A stretch of 63,099 nucleotides of DNA, counting the filler, from Octopus bimaculoides (taxonomy: Eukaryota), in the NCBI RefSeq assembly GCF_001194135.2. It is 6 parts of 6 records of this genome, joined end to end, with 100 filler letters (N's around TTAATTAATTAA, not from the genome) between each part and the next. Parts side by side here need not be neighbours in the genome. Positions count along the whole stretch, not along the records: positions 1 to 14,730 come from NC_068985.1; 5 more parts are not named here. One strand, written 5' to 3'. Shown here piece by piece: positions 1 to 12,702 of the stretch. Each line of letters starts with the position of its first letter. Within the stretch, counting starts at the first letter, position 1. The translations under genes and the position numbers were made by a program. Under the pieces are notes generated by a model. That model saw nothing but the letters and a program-made list of their open reading frames with translations, had not been told where the DNA came from and did no database searches.

Positions 1-37
<37 letters not shown>

Positions 38-160
38 TATACATATATACTCGCGTGTGCGCATGTGTGTGTATATATGTGTGTTGTGTGCATGTATGTA
101 TGTGTGTTGTGTGCATGTATGTGTGTGTGAATTTGTGCATGTGTCTGTGTGTTTGTGTGT
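1..160. repeat. Compound (TA)n/(TG)n microsatellite
   Basis: Direct reading: atatat... grading into tgtgtg/tatg repeats. Confidence 0.9.
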
Positions 161-779
161 CGGTGGTGTTAATTTCGCGAATTCAAAGTATCCAACGTCT
201 GCCTTGGACAGATAAATGAATGCAAACAACAAATCATTTTCAAAATAGCATAACCGGTTAAAACATCAGGAGTCACCCTGCTATATGTTTATATATAAGG
301 GAAAAGAAAAATATAAGATATAACTTATGCAAAATTACCCATTAGCATGCTAAAACTGATGGCAAGAAATCACTTAATAAAATTGAAATGGATAAAGAAA
401 CAGAGCTATATACGCTGAGAATGAATGGACTGTGAGACAAGACGGAAGGAGATTGTGGCATTTGATCAATACATTGTACCGGGAACTACCAAAAACAGTA
501 ATGCAGCTGAATATATTTAGTAACTACTGGATATTCTTTCATTTTTTTACTTCTTTCAATCATAGGACTGCGATCAGGATGTGGTACAGCCGTGAGTAAA
601 TTTAAGTCGATCATATTGATCTCAGTACTTGTTATTTCAGCCTGGTACCTAGCCTACTGGTCCGTATTTTGCCGATTTGCTGAACCGCTAACTAAATTGG
701 ACATACAAAAAAACAACAACAACTCTGATTTCCAAGTAATGAGATACGCACAAGCAAACGCAAATACACGCTTATATTC

Positions 780-788
780 ACACACACA

Positions 789-830
<42 letters not shown>

Positions 831-975
831 CACACTCATAAACACACACATAGAAATACACACATACATACACACACATGAACTCATACGCACAGACACA
901 CGCGCGCGCACATACGCACACATACACACACATGCACACACATACATACACACACACACACGCACACACACACAT
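780..975. repeat. (CA)n/(CATA)n microsatellite
   Basis: Long cacaca/catacat tract; it explains the spurious ORFs 592..993, 654..971 and 778..1074. Confidence 0.95.
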
Positions 976-1083
976 AGTAAAGAATTTCGTTGAAGAGTAG
1001 TTTCCCCATGTGGTGATTTGTAGTGAAAAATATATAGAACAAAGGAGGGAAAATGCGCACAATTTATATATCATAGAGTATTC

Positions 1084-1249
1084 GTAGATTACATCAACCT
1101 CACTGCTTAACTGGTGCTTATTTTATCGACCCTGAAAGGATGTAAGGTAGAGTCGGCTTAGGTGAAATTTGAACTCAGAATGTAAAGACGGGTGAAGTGC
1201 CGCTAAGCATTTTGCCCGGCGCGTTAACTATTTTGCCAGCTCACCGCCT
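1084..1249 (-). mobile_element. tRNA-derived SINE, family A
   Basis: Minus strand reads GGCGGTGAGCTGGCAAAATAGTTAACGCGCC...CTGAGTTCAAATTTC (A-box and B-box like), then the body CCTTTCAGGGTCGATAAAATAAGCACCAG. At least 13 other copies in the window. From memory the body resembles the Meta/MESC SINE central domain (unverified). Confidence 0.85.
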
Positions 1250-1265
1250 AACGTAACTAAATAAT

Positions 1266-1478
1266 CGTTTCTACTAAAGGCACACAGCCTGAATTTTGGG
1301 ACAGAGGGGACTAGCCGATTCCATCGACTCCTCTTTTTCAGTGGTTCTTAATTTATCGACTCTAGAAGGATGGAAGGCCAAGTCGACCTCGGCGGAATTT
1401 GAACTCAGAACGTAAAGACGGACGAAATGCTGCTAAACATTTTACCCTGAGTGCTAACGATACTGCCGGCTCGCCGTA
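1266..1478 (-). mobile_element. tRNA-derived SINE, family A (second of a tandem pair)
   Basis: aagtcgacctcggcggaatttgaactcagaacgtaaagacggacgaaatg core shared with other copies; includes the 3' tail region. Confidence 0.88.
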
Positions 1479-1830
1479 ACTTAATAATAGTGTTGTATTT
1501 TTGTCCGTCACTCAAATGATATTGACTCAAGTTAATACTTGCGGCTTACATCAGTATAACTATTATACCAGACACAAAGTAGGTACATTATACAAAGTAT
1601 TAAACGAATACTTTAACCTTTTAATCTTAATAGGGCAACGTTCATGACATTTCTCAGAATTTCCAATTATAGTAAAAAAGAAATGAAAGGAACATTTTCT
1701 CTGACCGGAGAGATTGACCAATTGCTTACAACAGAGTAAACTTTGACAAAAGCTGACCAAAGCGAAGAGGTGGTTTTAAACTGGATGAAGAATTAATTAG
1801 CAAGAATAGTTTCTCCAACTAACTTCTACA

Positions 1831-2000
1831 GGTGCAGGTGTGGCCGTGCAATAAGAAACTTGCTTCCTAATCACATTTTTCTGGGTTCAGTCCGAATGCG
1901 TGATACTTTGGGCAAGTGTCCTCTTCTATAGCATTAGACCGACCAAAGTCTTTTGAGTAGATTTGGTAGACGGAAGATAAAAGAAGCCCGTCGTATATTA
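1831..2000 (+). mobile_element. CORE-type tRNA-derived SINE, family B (5' part, interrupted by mariner)
   Basis: Head ggtgcaggtgtggccgtg, B-box-like gggttcagtcc, CORE-like actttgggcaagtgtc, ends aagcccgtcgtata as in copies at 14.5 kb and 28.3 kb. Confidence 0.8.
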
Positions 2001-3254
2001 TTAGGTTGTTCCGAATATAATGGTCGATTTCAGAAACATAATTTCATTCTGGAAAAATTAACAATAGAAATGTTTTGATTAGTCAAAGTATGAGCCATGA
2101 ACATATATGCATCTTTGTCATCGATCAGCGAGATTATTTATGCCTCGTTGATAAAAACATATTGGCTTTGATGCTAAGAAATCTTTGAAAGCTGATTCCA
2201 CCTCTGATTTAGACCTGAAAGTTTTATCACTTAAAAACGTGTTTAAATGCTTTAAAAATGGTAGTCAGTGGGTGAAAGATCAGGAGAATATGGAGATTGT
2301 GGTAAAGTCTCGTATCCCAAGTCTGTGAGTTTCTACAGCGTCATTTTTGCAACATGTGGCTTTGCATTATCGTGGAGCAGAATTGGACAACGCCGATTCA
2401 CCAAAGCAGGTCTCATTTTTTGCAAGTCAGCATGCATTTCAGCGAGTTGATTGCAGTAAACTTCTGCTGTAATGCTCTGATTGGATTCCAGAAAACTGTA
2501 ATGGACAACACCAATTGCAGACCACCAGAGAGTCACCATAATCTTCTTCTGATCAAACTTAGACTTTGGGAAATATTTGGGGGTTTGGGGGACTCATCAC
2601 GATCAAGCCATTGACCTGATCGTTTACGGTTATCATAAAGGATCCGTTATTCAGTGAAGAAAAGGATCATTGCTGTTTCGCAGAAAGATCATTGAGTACA
2701 CTTTAGAACGCCGCACATTTTGATTTTCATTGAGCTCATGTAGTACCCATCCATCGAGCTTTTTCACCTTACCAATCTTCGGCAGATTGCGTGAGACCGT
2801 TGCAATACCGACACCATGTGTCTGAGACATTTCTCTGACACTTTGACATGGGTTTTATCCATCAATTGCTTTAAATTGTTCATTGTCAAGACTGCATGAC
2901 CGTCCTCTACCTTCTTCATCTTCAAGGCTCTCATCACTACTACGGAATTTCTGAAACCACCTCGGTACTGTGTAATTACTTGTGGACCCCCCTCCCCATG
3001 CTCTGTTGATATTGACAGTAGTTTAGGAGGCATTGTACCCAAGTTTGAACTCATGCAAGAACAGTAAGCGAAGGTCCTATTTTGTCATGTTCATCAAGAA
3101 TTTGTTCTGTCTGAAATAAGTAGAAAATTATTAAAGAGCATACATCAATTATTAAGGATGTCAAAATTCGCCTAAAATATAATTAAAATACTACAATAAA
3201 ATTTCGTTTCAAAACACAACACTTAGAGCGGCCATTATTTTCGGAACAACCTAA
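2001..3254 (-). mobile_element. Full-length decayed mariner (Tc1/mariner, DD34D-type) transposon, 1254 bp
   Basis: 26-bp TIRs TTAGGTTGTTCCGAATATAATGGTCG (2001-2026) and 3229-3254 with 2 mismatches. TA on both sides (1999-2000, 3255-3256). Minus-strand transposase remnants: WVLHEL (WVPHEL motif), ILLHDNAKPHVA, PYSPDLSPTDYHF. The ORF is broken by frameshifts and stops. Confidence 0.95.
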
Positions 3255-3256
3255 TA

Positions 3257-3496
3257 TAAAATGTGTGTGCGTTTTTGTGTCTGTGTTCGTCCCCCACCAC
3301 TGCTTGTCAACCGGTTCTGGTGTGCTTATGTCTCCTTAACTTAGATGGTCGGTGAAACAAACCAATAGAATAAGTACCGGGCTTAGCAAAGAAAAAAAAA
3401 CTAAGTGCTGGGGCCGATTCATTCGACTAAAATTCTTCTAGGTGGTGCTCCAGCATGGCCGCAGCCTAAAGACTGAAGCAAGTAGAAAAAATAAAG
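3257..3496 (+). mobile_element. 3' continuation of the family B SINE after the mariner insertion
   Basis: tgtgtgtg...gtcccccaccactgcttgtcaaccgg...ggtggtgctccagcatggccgcag...actgaagcaagta. The reverse complement of this tail recurs at about 3773-3890 and 58155-58255. Confidence 0.75.
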
Positions 3497-3657
3497 TAAT
3501 AAGTTTTCTTCTACGAACTTTCACTCCCAAGCATTCGGTTGACTAAAACGAATACAAGAGAACAATTACCCAATATTCTGCTTCTGGCCTGAACACGATA
3601 TTATGTTGTGAAATGAACTTCATCACAAAACTATATCTGCACCAGTTTCAATGTAAA

Positions 3658-3723
3658 CAACTTCATGAGAAGCACTCACTTCTAATGTTACAACTTCATG
3701 AGAAGCACTCACTGCTAATGTTT
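3658..3723. repeat. 33-bp tandem duplication
   Basis: caacttcatgagaagcactcacttctaatgtta followed by caacttcatgagaagcactcactgctaatgttt. Confidence 0.9.
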
Positions 3724-3772
3724 GAACAGTCTTCTCATTTATTCTTTTCCTCTTTTATTAAAAAAAAATTTT

Positions 3773-3890
3773 TTTTACTTGTCTCAGTGATTGGCCTGCG
3801 GGTCTGATTGCGTACTGAATTGAAGGGTTTTAGTTGAAGAAAATCAATTCCTGCAATATTTTAAGTCAAGTAAATATGATAAACCGGTGA
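3773..3890 (-). mobile_element. Degenerate 3' tail fragment of family B SINE
   Basis: ttacttgtctcagtgattggcctgcgg...gaagggttttagttgaa resembles the reverse complement of 3400-3490. Confidence 0.55.
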
Positions 3891-3992
3891 GCTAAGAGAA
3901 AGTGCACAACCCAACAACAGTTGTTAAAGGACAAACAAACATACATACATATATAAATACAAGGGGTTGTATGCATGTTTGAATGTATATAT

Positions 3993-4142
3993 AATGATTG
4001 TAAAAAAACTGAGTAGAGATAGTTAAATAATTTTATCTAAAAGCTGATGTATGTCCTAGTCTGTCCGTACGAAATCAGTTCGTCCCCTCGTTGACTATTG
4101 GAATCAGTGGTCGTAGTTGGAATCCCCGTATGTATAGTTTGT

Positions 4143-4204
<62 letters not shown>

Positions 4205-4450
4205 TACATCTTTATACATATATATACATCTTTATATATATATATACATCATTATATATATATATATGTCTATATATACATCTTTATATATATATATATG
4301 ACAAACTATACATACGGGGATTTCAACTACGACCACTGATTCGAATTGTCAACGAGGGGACGAACTGATTTCGTACGGACAGACTAGGACATACATCAGC
4401 TTTTAGATAAAATTATTTAACTATCTCTACTCAGTCTTTTTACACTCATT
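3993..4450. repeat. Long inverted repeat (foldback): 151-bp arms with a 156-bp TA/TATG microsatellite spacer
   Basis: 3993-4143 is the reverse complement of 4300-4450, with about 5 mismatches by eye and no indel seen. Confidence 0.93.
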
Positions 4451-5139
4451 TCTGACATATCAGTTTCGCAGAGGAGTGGCTCAGTGAGCGTGCTATATTG
4501 ATGGCTATAAGTGAAGGCGTGGTTGTGCGTTTAAGATGCTTGCTTCCCAACCATATGATATTGGGTTCAAGAAGTAAGAGGTACAATACTTTGGAATACG
4601 AACCATGTTGTGAACTAGATCCAGTTACTGTATGATAAACCGGTGTTCATGACAAAAGGATGATTTGCACGAGAATGTCACTATCATTCCGTAAACTATG
4701 TAACATAACAAATCACTTACATCGTTTGCGTACTATTTTTCTATTGTTCCACATTTGTTATAGTATCTATAGATATAGCATAACATTACATATTAGCTAT
4801 AGTCTATAGCTAATGTATCTATTGTAGTCTATAAATAAAACAATGTATTTTACAGTAAATCAGTGTCAAATATTAACTGATAACTCAAAAAATTCTTATT
4901 ATCTGCATATGAAATCTTTTGTCAAACTGAATGTTTCTTTTAATTTATAGCACACAGTGTAGTAAGAGGCCACGGAAAATATATTTCGGTGATATATTTA
5001 GAAAATACATATAAAAATATATTTTTCTCATGTAGCAAGTTTACTGAACAAATCTCCAATTATTTTTTCATCAAAGTAACATCTAGCACTGTGGTCTCTG
5101 AAGGTCCTGTTTCTTCGTTACTGTGACGTATATATATTC

Positions 5140-5270
5140 ACCCACGGGGACTGGATCAACGTGAAATGAAGTATTTTGTTCAAGAACGCAACACGTCGCC
5201 CAATCCAAGAATTGAAACCACAATCTTAGGATCATGAGTTCAACATCCTATCCACCAGGCCACACACCCC
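5140..5270 (-). mobile_element. tRNA-derived SINE, family C (5' fragment)
   Basis: Reverse complement GGGGTGTGTGGCCTGGTGGATAGGATGTTGAACTCATGATCCTAAGATTGTGGTTTCAATTC...TTCTTGAACAAAATACTTCATTTCACG aligns to the + copy at 37348-37583. Confidence 0.8.
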
Positions 5271-7048
5271 TAAATATTACGAAGTTTCTATAATAGGGAT
5301 CACTGCAAAAATGAAATACAAAGATAAGAATTTAAGGTCTCTTTGATGCTTGAGATATCTAATAATGTCACTTCCACTCATGTCAAGTTATTCTTTTGAG
5401 AACAAGGTTAGCAGAAATTGTAGTTGATTTTCGTTTTATTGTATCATTCTTTAACAAAGTTGGATGAAGGTATTGTATTTGTCCGGTACCATTTCCACAA
5501 GACTGATAATCAGTTGTGATTAGACTTCAGTAACAATGTAAATTCTTGTATTTGATACATCTTACTGATTACCAGTCTTCAATCAACCTCATTATTGGCA
5601 GAAAATACAAGTTATTTATTGTACTTCAGGGCAGCCAAGTTATTTAGGTTGGTCTTCCAGCTGAAATCAATCGCTTATTTTACATACATACATGCATGCA
5701 TATATACATACATACATGTTTGTACGTTTGTGTACAAAGAAACATATATATGTGTGTCTGTACATATATTCAATTATATATGCATGTGTGTGTATATGTG
5801 TGTCCCGACGTAATAGTAGTAGTGGATGCCAAAATTCTTCTTATAACTTTCTGGCTACTCTTTCATTGTTGCATTAAAGATTGGCAAATTTTACAAGTAT
5901 GTTGGGAAAACATTATGAAGAGACGACTTGCAAATTATCCTGCCGGCCATTAATATGACAAACATAAAACTAAAATAAAGTTTCACATCAAATGAATTAG
6001 GAATATCTGTCGACGTAATCTTAACAAAATGAACTATATACAAGCATAGTATGTAGAAGTATAATATTTTTATGCAAAGAGTTATAATCCTCTGATACTG
6101 TTGAAATTAACCTAAAGGGAATTTTTTCATTTTATATTTCAAAGAGAAACTCATTATATTTGAATCGCATGAAATATTGTGTTACAGATTTAATAAAATA
6201 ACTGTTATGAAAAAAATACAGACACAGATTCCTCAGAGAAACTCCAAGGAAAAAAGAAGGAAATTATTTTTAAAAAATAAAATGTGGACATGTGTATGAT
6301 TAAGGCCCTAGGGAGAGAAAGGTTGTGAAATATTGACTAGCTACAGTTATACAAACATTCTTAATTAAAGAAATGTTGATTTTAACGCTTGAAGTATGCC
6401 TAAAGCTTCTTGTAAAATATTTTCAATTCGGTAAACAATGCTTTTAATTAATCAAAACTATTTGATTTCACCCTTATATAATCACAGAATCTAAGAGAGC
6501 GATGCATGCATTAGCAACTGGAAAAAGTCAACCAAATTAGTTGTCACACTTCGTTTTTATTTCTTTCCATTTTATTAAATGGCTTGGGTTAGAAATATAA
6601 GTTAAAACCGTTTGAGGAAGCAATGTTTATTTATATTTTATTAATTAAAAGTATACATTAGAAATCATTAATATTAATTAATTTAATTCAAAATGTCAGG
6701 ATTGAATTACCAGTTCCGATAGCGTTTTGATATTTCTCAATTTAAATATTAAAGAAGTTTATTTTACAATGACTAGGTAAAAGAGTTGATATAATATATC
6801 TAAAGTAATATTACGAAGGCTGGAATAAAGTCCTAGCTACTGTGATAGTATGCTACACAATAGTATTATGGTTTGGTAGGCAATCATCTGCAGCGCATAG
6901 AAGAAATAATCTGACAGATGTAATTTAAAATGGTACTAGTCGAAATACTGTTCTCAAGTTCTACAAAAGAAAATGAATGATGCATCCATAATTAATTCTA
7001 ATGAGAAATGATGTTCATTGATCACGTGACGTGACTGGTTTAAAGCAG

Positions 7049-7382
7049 TATATATATATATATGTATATNNNNNNNNNNTATATATATATACATATAAAT
7101 ATATATATATACATATACATATACGTATACATATAAATATATATAGACATACATATATATAAATATACATATAGATATATATACATATATATATCTATAT
7201 ACATGCATATATATACATATATATATACATACATATATACATACATATACATACACATATATATATACATATACATACATATATACGAATATGCATACAT
7301 ATATACACATAGATATATATATACATATATATGCATATATATATATATATACATACATATGTATATATATATATATACATAT

Positions 7383-7423
<41 letters not shown>

Positions 7424-7458
7424 CATATATACATACATACATACATGCATACATACAT
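7049..7458. repeat. (TA)n/(CATA)n/(CA)n compound microsatellite with a 10-N gap
   Basis: Direct reading; source of overlapping I/Y-rich spurious ORFs. Confidence 0.95.
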
Positions 7459-8438
7459 ACAAATCAAATAAGTAACAGGGATATCCTTAGTGCATTACGG
7501 CCGTTCCAAGCGGCTGCATTTAATCGATCAATGAAAACACTACTTCAATTTGAAATAAACCCCTCTCTTCAGACGCAGACGACCATATTGATTGCCAGCA
7601 TACAGGATACACTATCATAATTTTTTAGTAAATTTTTCATCAGTACTAGACACTAAAATAATTACATTGCTTCTTTTGCTATTTTTGTGGAAGAATGAAT
7701 TTACGGAAAAATACTTAATGCCTACTATAATTTAGACTGGCAGATGAGGATAATAGGCGTCAAGAAAGACGAATGGTGATATAGCAAGTCATCTTTATCC
7801 TTATCATATTTAAAAGACTGAAATTGTGTACCTAATTCAACTGACTCTTAATCATATATACATACATATATATATACATATATATATATATATACACACA
7901 TATATATACATATATATATATNNNNNNNNNNNNNNNNNNNNNNNNNNNNNNNNNNNNNNNNNNNNNNNNNNNNNNNNNNNNNNNNNNNNNNNNNNNNNNN
8001 NNNNNNNNNNNNNNNNNNNNNNNNNNNNNNNNNNNNNNNNNNNNNNNNNNNNNNNNNNNNNNNNNNNNNNNNNNNNNNNNNNNNNNNNNNNNNNNNNNNN
8101 NNNNNNNNNNNNNNNNNNNNNNNNNNNNNNNNNNNNNNNNNNNNNNNNNNNNNNNNNNNNNNNNNNNNNNNNNNNNNNNNNNNNNNNNNNNNNNNNNNNN
8201 NNNNNNNNNNNNNNNNNNNNNNNNNNNNNNNNNNNNNNNNNNNNNNNNNNNNNNNNNNNNNNNNNNNNNNNNNNNNNNNNNNNNNNNNNNNNNNNNNNNN
8301 NNNNNNNNNNNNNNNNNNNNNNNNNNNNNNNNNNNNNNNNNNNNNNNNNNNNNNNNNNNNNNNNNNNNNNNNNNNNNNNNNNNNNNNNNNNNNNNNNNNN
8401 NNNNNNNNNNNNNNNNNNNNNNNNNNNNNNNNNNNNNN

Positions 8439-8471
<33 letters not shown>

Positions 8472-8849
8472 ATGTGTATACTGTATTTCCTTTTATTATG
8501 CATGTCAATCATTCCTCAATAAAATCAAAATCTCTTGTCTGATTTTCTTGAAACTTTTACAGGATATGTAAGATTATTTATCCCATGTCTCGTGCATGTC
8601 TAAATCGGCGTACATTTAAAGCGGAAATGAAGAAAACGTTTATATGGTGTTTCTTTTTATTACTCAAGTTGACAAATACTATATAAACTACATGTAATGT
8701 GATTTACATACAGAACAATACATAACCAGGCCATTAATATATATACGTATATCTTCCGCCATATAATTATACTTAAAAACAATTATGTATATATTTTACA
8801 TCTTTATATTGCCTCCTTATCATCCATAATTTTAAATATTCTCTCATCA

Positions 8850-9720
8850 GTTGATTTTGTCAATTTCTCTATAGTCTGCCTTTTAATGTTACTTGCAGCA
8901 GTGTTTATTGCTTCACATAGTAAATCCTTGTTTGGATATTGTAGATAGTAGAGCACTTCTGTAGTTACTACACATCGTTCTGGCTCTTTTTCCTTTATAG
9001 AGAGGAAGAATAATTGCATCCTTCAAGTCTTTAGGCATTGCACCATCCCGCCAGACTGCACTAAGAAGTTCCTGAAGGTACTGTATGATGTAATCACCAT
9101 CAAATCGCATGACCTCAGCACAAATTCCATCCTTTCCAGGTGCCCTACCAAGATTCAATTTACTTATTGATGTCATTACTTCATTTATTGAGGGCGTGGA
9201 ATTTAAGGGGCCAATGATAGGTCTTTGTTGCATAGTATCAATTACTGTTTTAACAACAATTAACTCATGGTTTAGGAGTTCACAGAAGTATTCGATTCAG
9301 TGACCTGTGATTACTGTTGATTTAGTAGAGTGGAAGACTCCTTGGAAAACAAAGGAGCTTATGTGGAGTTCTTAGGCCCATAAACTTGCTTCATAAGATA
9401 ATAAAGATTCTTGCTGTCATTTGCATCAGCTGCAGTCTGAACATCACGTGCAAGGTCCTCTCATCAAGTGTTCTGCATCTTCCTGATAGATCGCAGCAGT
9501 AGTGATTTTACACTGCAATAGTGGGCAAGTACTAGATTTCGCTGTACAGCAGAAAGTCCTCTCTGTAGCAATACATTGTGGGCATGGCGCTTTACAGCCA
9601 ATAGTCGCTGAATCTCAGCATCATTTGCATCAAACCAGTCTCTCTGTCTGGCAGTAGCATATCCCAGTGTTTCAGCAGCACATTGAAGAACGGGAGCGAA
9701 GACATGTTACGATACAAGTA
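8850..9720 (-). mobile_element. Decayed RTE-clade LINE fragment (linker and start of reverse transcriptase)
   Basis: Minus-strand peptides WFDANDAEIQRLL and TPSINEVMTSISKLNLGRAPGKDGICAE...VWRDGAMPKDLKDAIILPLYKGK...CSNYR match RTE/BovB-like ORF motifs (GKAPGxDGIxAE, PxDxKDAxIxxLYKxKG, CxNYR). Stops and frameshifts present. Confidence 0.85.
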
Positions 9721-10414
9721 GAGTAATTTGAAAAGACAACACGAAACCGGTTATTTCTCCAAATATAACATTTTTCTGGCATAACAATACAATTTAAATA
9801 TATACTTTAACCATGTAACACAAGCCTTCTGTAGTTTTTTCACTCNNNNNNNNNNNNNNNNNNNNNNNNNNNNNNNNNNNNNNNNNNNNNNNNNNNNNNN
9901 NNNNNNNNNNNNNNNNNNNNNNNNNNNNNNNNNNNNNNNNNNNNNNNNNNNNNNNNATATATATGACGCCGTCAACTACCGTTCTGACAACTTCAATTCT
10001 AACATTTAAATGATTATAGAAACAGAACCCACTTCTCCAGCTGTACAGTCTTCGTAGAGTGAGATCTTTATTGTCTTATGATACACAACAACAGTTCTCT
10101 CCCCTCTGTCTCACTCTCTTTCTCACTCTCACACACATTCTCTTTCTTGAAAATAATTTGGTTTCCCTCCACGCCAGAAAAACATTTGATGTTCATAGCT
10201 AAGTTTCATACCTGTGATTTCCATCCGTTTCTAGGAATCAGCAAAGAAATTGTTTTCTGATGCGTTCTAGTAACCACCAGATAATAATAAACAAGCGTTT
10301 ATTATTATCAAAGGTTTTGTGCACGTTAATTTTCACTGAGGAGGCATACAAGGAGATGAATACAGTACGGTATCTCGAAGTCTCCATATACCGGTGAATT
10401 CAGATCATCGAATT

Positions 10415-10792
10415 CAAAGGTTCTCAATGTGGGAGGTACCTCCCATAAAGGGTCGCTGAGCATATCGAACCTAGGCTTTAGCGATGAGGTAACATAATGA
10501 ACATACTAAATTTTACCTATAGTTGTGATTATATTGTACATGATAAAACTAGTAATGATTATTAAAATACAGAGAAGTCATTAACATGCAATGTATAAAG
10601 TAAGTTTACAACTTTTGTTTTTAATTCTTTATCACCTTTGTCAAAAGCTTGTACAGTCCGTTTATAAATTATCATCCATGTTAAGTTAGTTTAGTCGTGA
10701 TACCTCACTCGCCACTCACGTGGATGCTAGGCATAACAACTACTTAAAAGGGATGCGCTACAAAAAAAAATAAAAGGGTTTAAGAACCCCTG
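10415..10792. mobile_element. Possible degenerate hAT-type MITE
   Basis: Left caaaggttctcaatg and right ttaagaacccctg resemble CAGGGGTTCTYAA termini; no matching 8-bp TSD. Confidence 0.3.
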
Positions 10793-12644
10793 GTCTAAAG
10801 GGTGGTGTTCTTTGATATCAAAAAACAACAGCAATCAGATATTCTTTTTAGAATCAGCCAGAACGTATCAAGAATGAATACATAAGCTATTGTTTGGATA
10901 TTCGCTGTTCTAAGTGTGCCCTATGGATTGTTTGCTGACTCCTATAAGTGTTTACTGATTCTTATAATCATGATCTTTTCAGATTCATCATTCCGGAGGA
11001 GTAGGTTTGAATGAGGAGACACACAACGAGTTGAATCGTGTATGTTATGAACACATGTAGTCTATAGCGCTGGGATGTTCTCCGATGATGAAATATAAAA
11101 GCGATCAGCTATTCGCCTTAAAATCTGATACAATGTATTAGATAAAAACACTACGTTATTATTTGGTTTCCCGCTGTTCTGCATGCAACTTAGGAATTAT
11201 AATCTACAGAAGTTCAAACCGAAATTCAACCGTATCGACCTGATCTGTATTGGAGGTCCTTACAGAGATCACGGGCACTGAACTTCTCCTGGCAAGTTAG
11301 AAATAAAGTTTTATTGATTTTTTTTCAGTTATTTAGATTCGGAATATTGCTTTTCAAAAATTAACAATTAAAACAACAAAGGCAATCAGCAGCAACTACA
11401 TTACACACACTGTTTTTTTTTTCTATTCTGCCATTTATTTTAGTTCGGTTTAATGAATGAACATCATGTTATCTTAGTTATTATTGGAATGTAATGAGAT
11501 AATAGAACCACAACAATTAAATCTTCGTATAGCAAAACCCATTAAAAATAACAAGAACAGTTGTCATTCGTAGTTCAAAAAATAATTGCCATACTGTTTT
11601 TTATGTTACTCAATATGAAATACCATTTTTTCATTCTCTAAATTTTGCCTCGAATTACGTCAAAGTTTGCCATTGAATACGTCATATTTGCCCCAGTTTA
11701 AGTAAATCTGCACCAGCTTTAGTCCAAATTTGCTACGTCTGCCTGTACGGGTGAAATTTAAAGGAAAACATATGCATTACTCTTTGTTATGTGCACATTC
11801 TTGTTGATGTGCACATTCTTGGTATCATGCTGTCATTCTAATACAGTTACATTTTCTCCTACAGTATACAGAGGTATATATTAGGTTCTTGAAACTCTGG
11901 AAATAAATATATTTTTTAAAGAATTTACATATGGGGTTATTAACGTAGTTGCTAATACAGTAACTTATATATATTTTTTTTTCTAGTTCGAAGAGTGCAG
12001 AACTCAAAAATACATGCCTAATACGGTTTAGTTTCGTTCTTGACAAAAACAGTAAAACCATTCTCATATATTAGAGGAAGAAGGAAATGTGTAGTTGTGG
12101 AGCGACTGCGGTTCCTAAAAGTGCTAACTCCCAATTAAAACAACTAATTTCGACTGACCATCGATTAACATTATCTAATGTAAATTCATCAGGAGTTTGT
12201 ATCGCATTTTACTGTATACAACATAATGGCCTTGTTGATAGTCTCTGATTGGTATCCAAAGCTGGGAGAAATAGATGCTAAATCTTCCTTAAACCACACC
12301 TTACCGTCTTCGGTTAAATATAACGAAAGAGTCGTTGGTGACAGGTCAGCTTGTTCAATCCAATCTCTATGTAATAGACCTGTTAGAAGTAGTAACCAAA
12401 TCTTCCTCATATTAGACTCTCAAGCTCTATATAAAACAAAATGGACATCGAGTAATGTAGTCTTACACATACAGTTTCAAAGAGACGAAAGTATGATATT
12501 TGGAACATTTGATCAATGATATATAGCACCTATCAGCAACAATAGCAGCATCTGTTTCAAAAAAAAAAATCCAGATGGAAGTAGCTAGGAAGTCTTTGGT
12601 CATATACTTGTTGCTACAAGGGAGATCATGGATACACATATCAT

Positions 12645-12702
12645 TGTCACCACCACCACCACCAACACCACCACCAACAACACCACCACCAACAACACCA
12701 CC
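12645..12702. repeat. (CAC)n/(CAA)n trinucleotide repeat running into a gap
   Basis: caccaccaccaccaacaccaccaccaacaac... Confidence 0.9.

Noticed and set aside
11789-11824. 18-bp tandem duplication atgtgcacattcttg
   Set aside because: Only two units; ordinary slippage, not an array or CRISPR.
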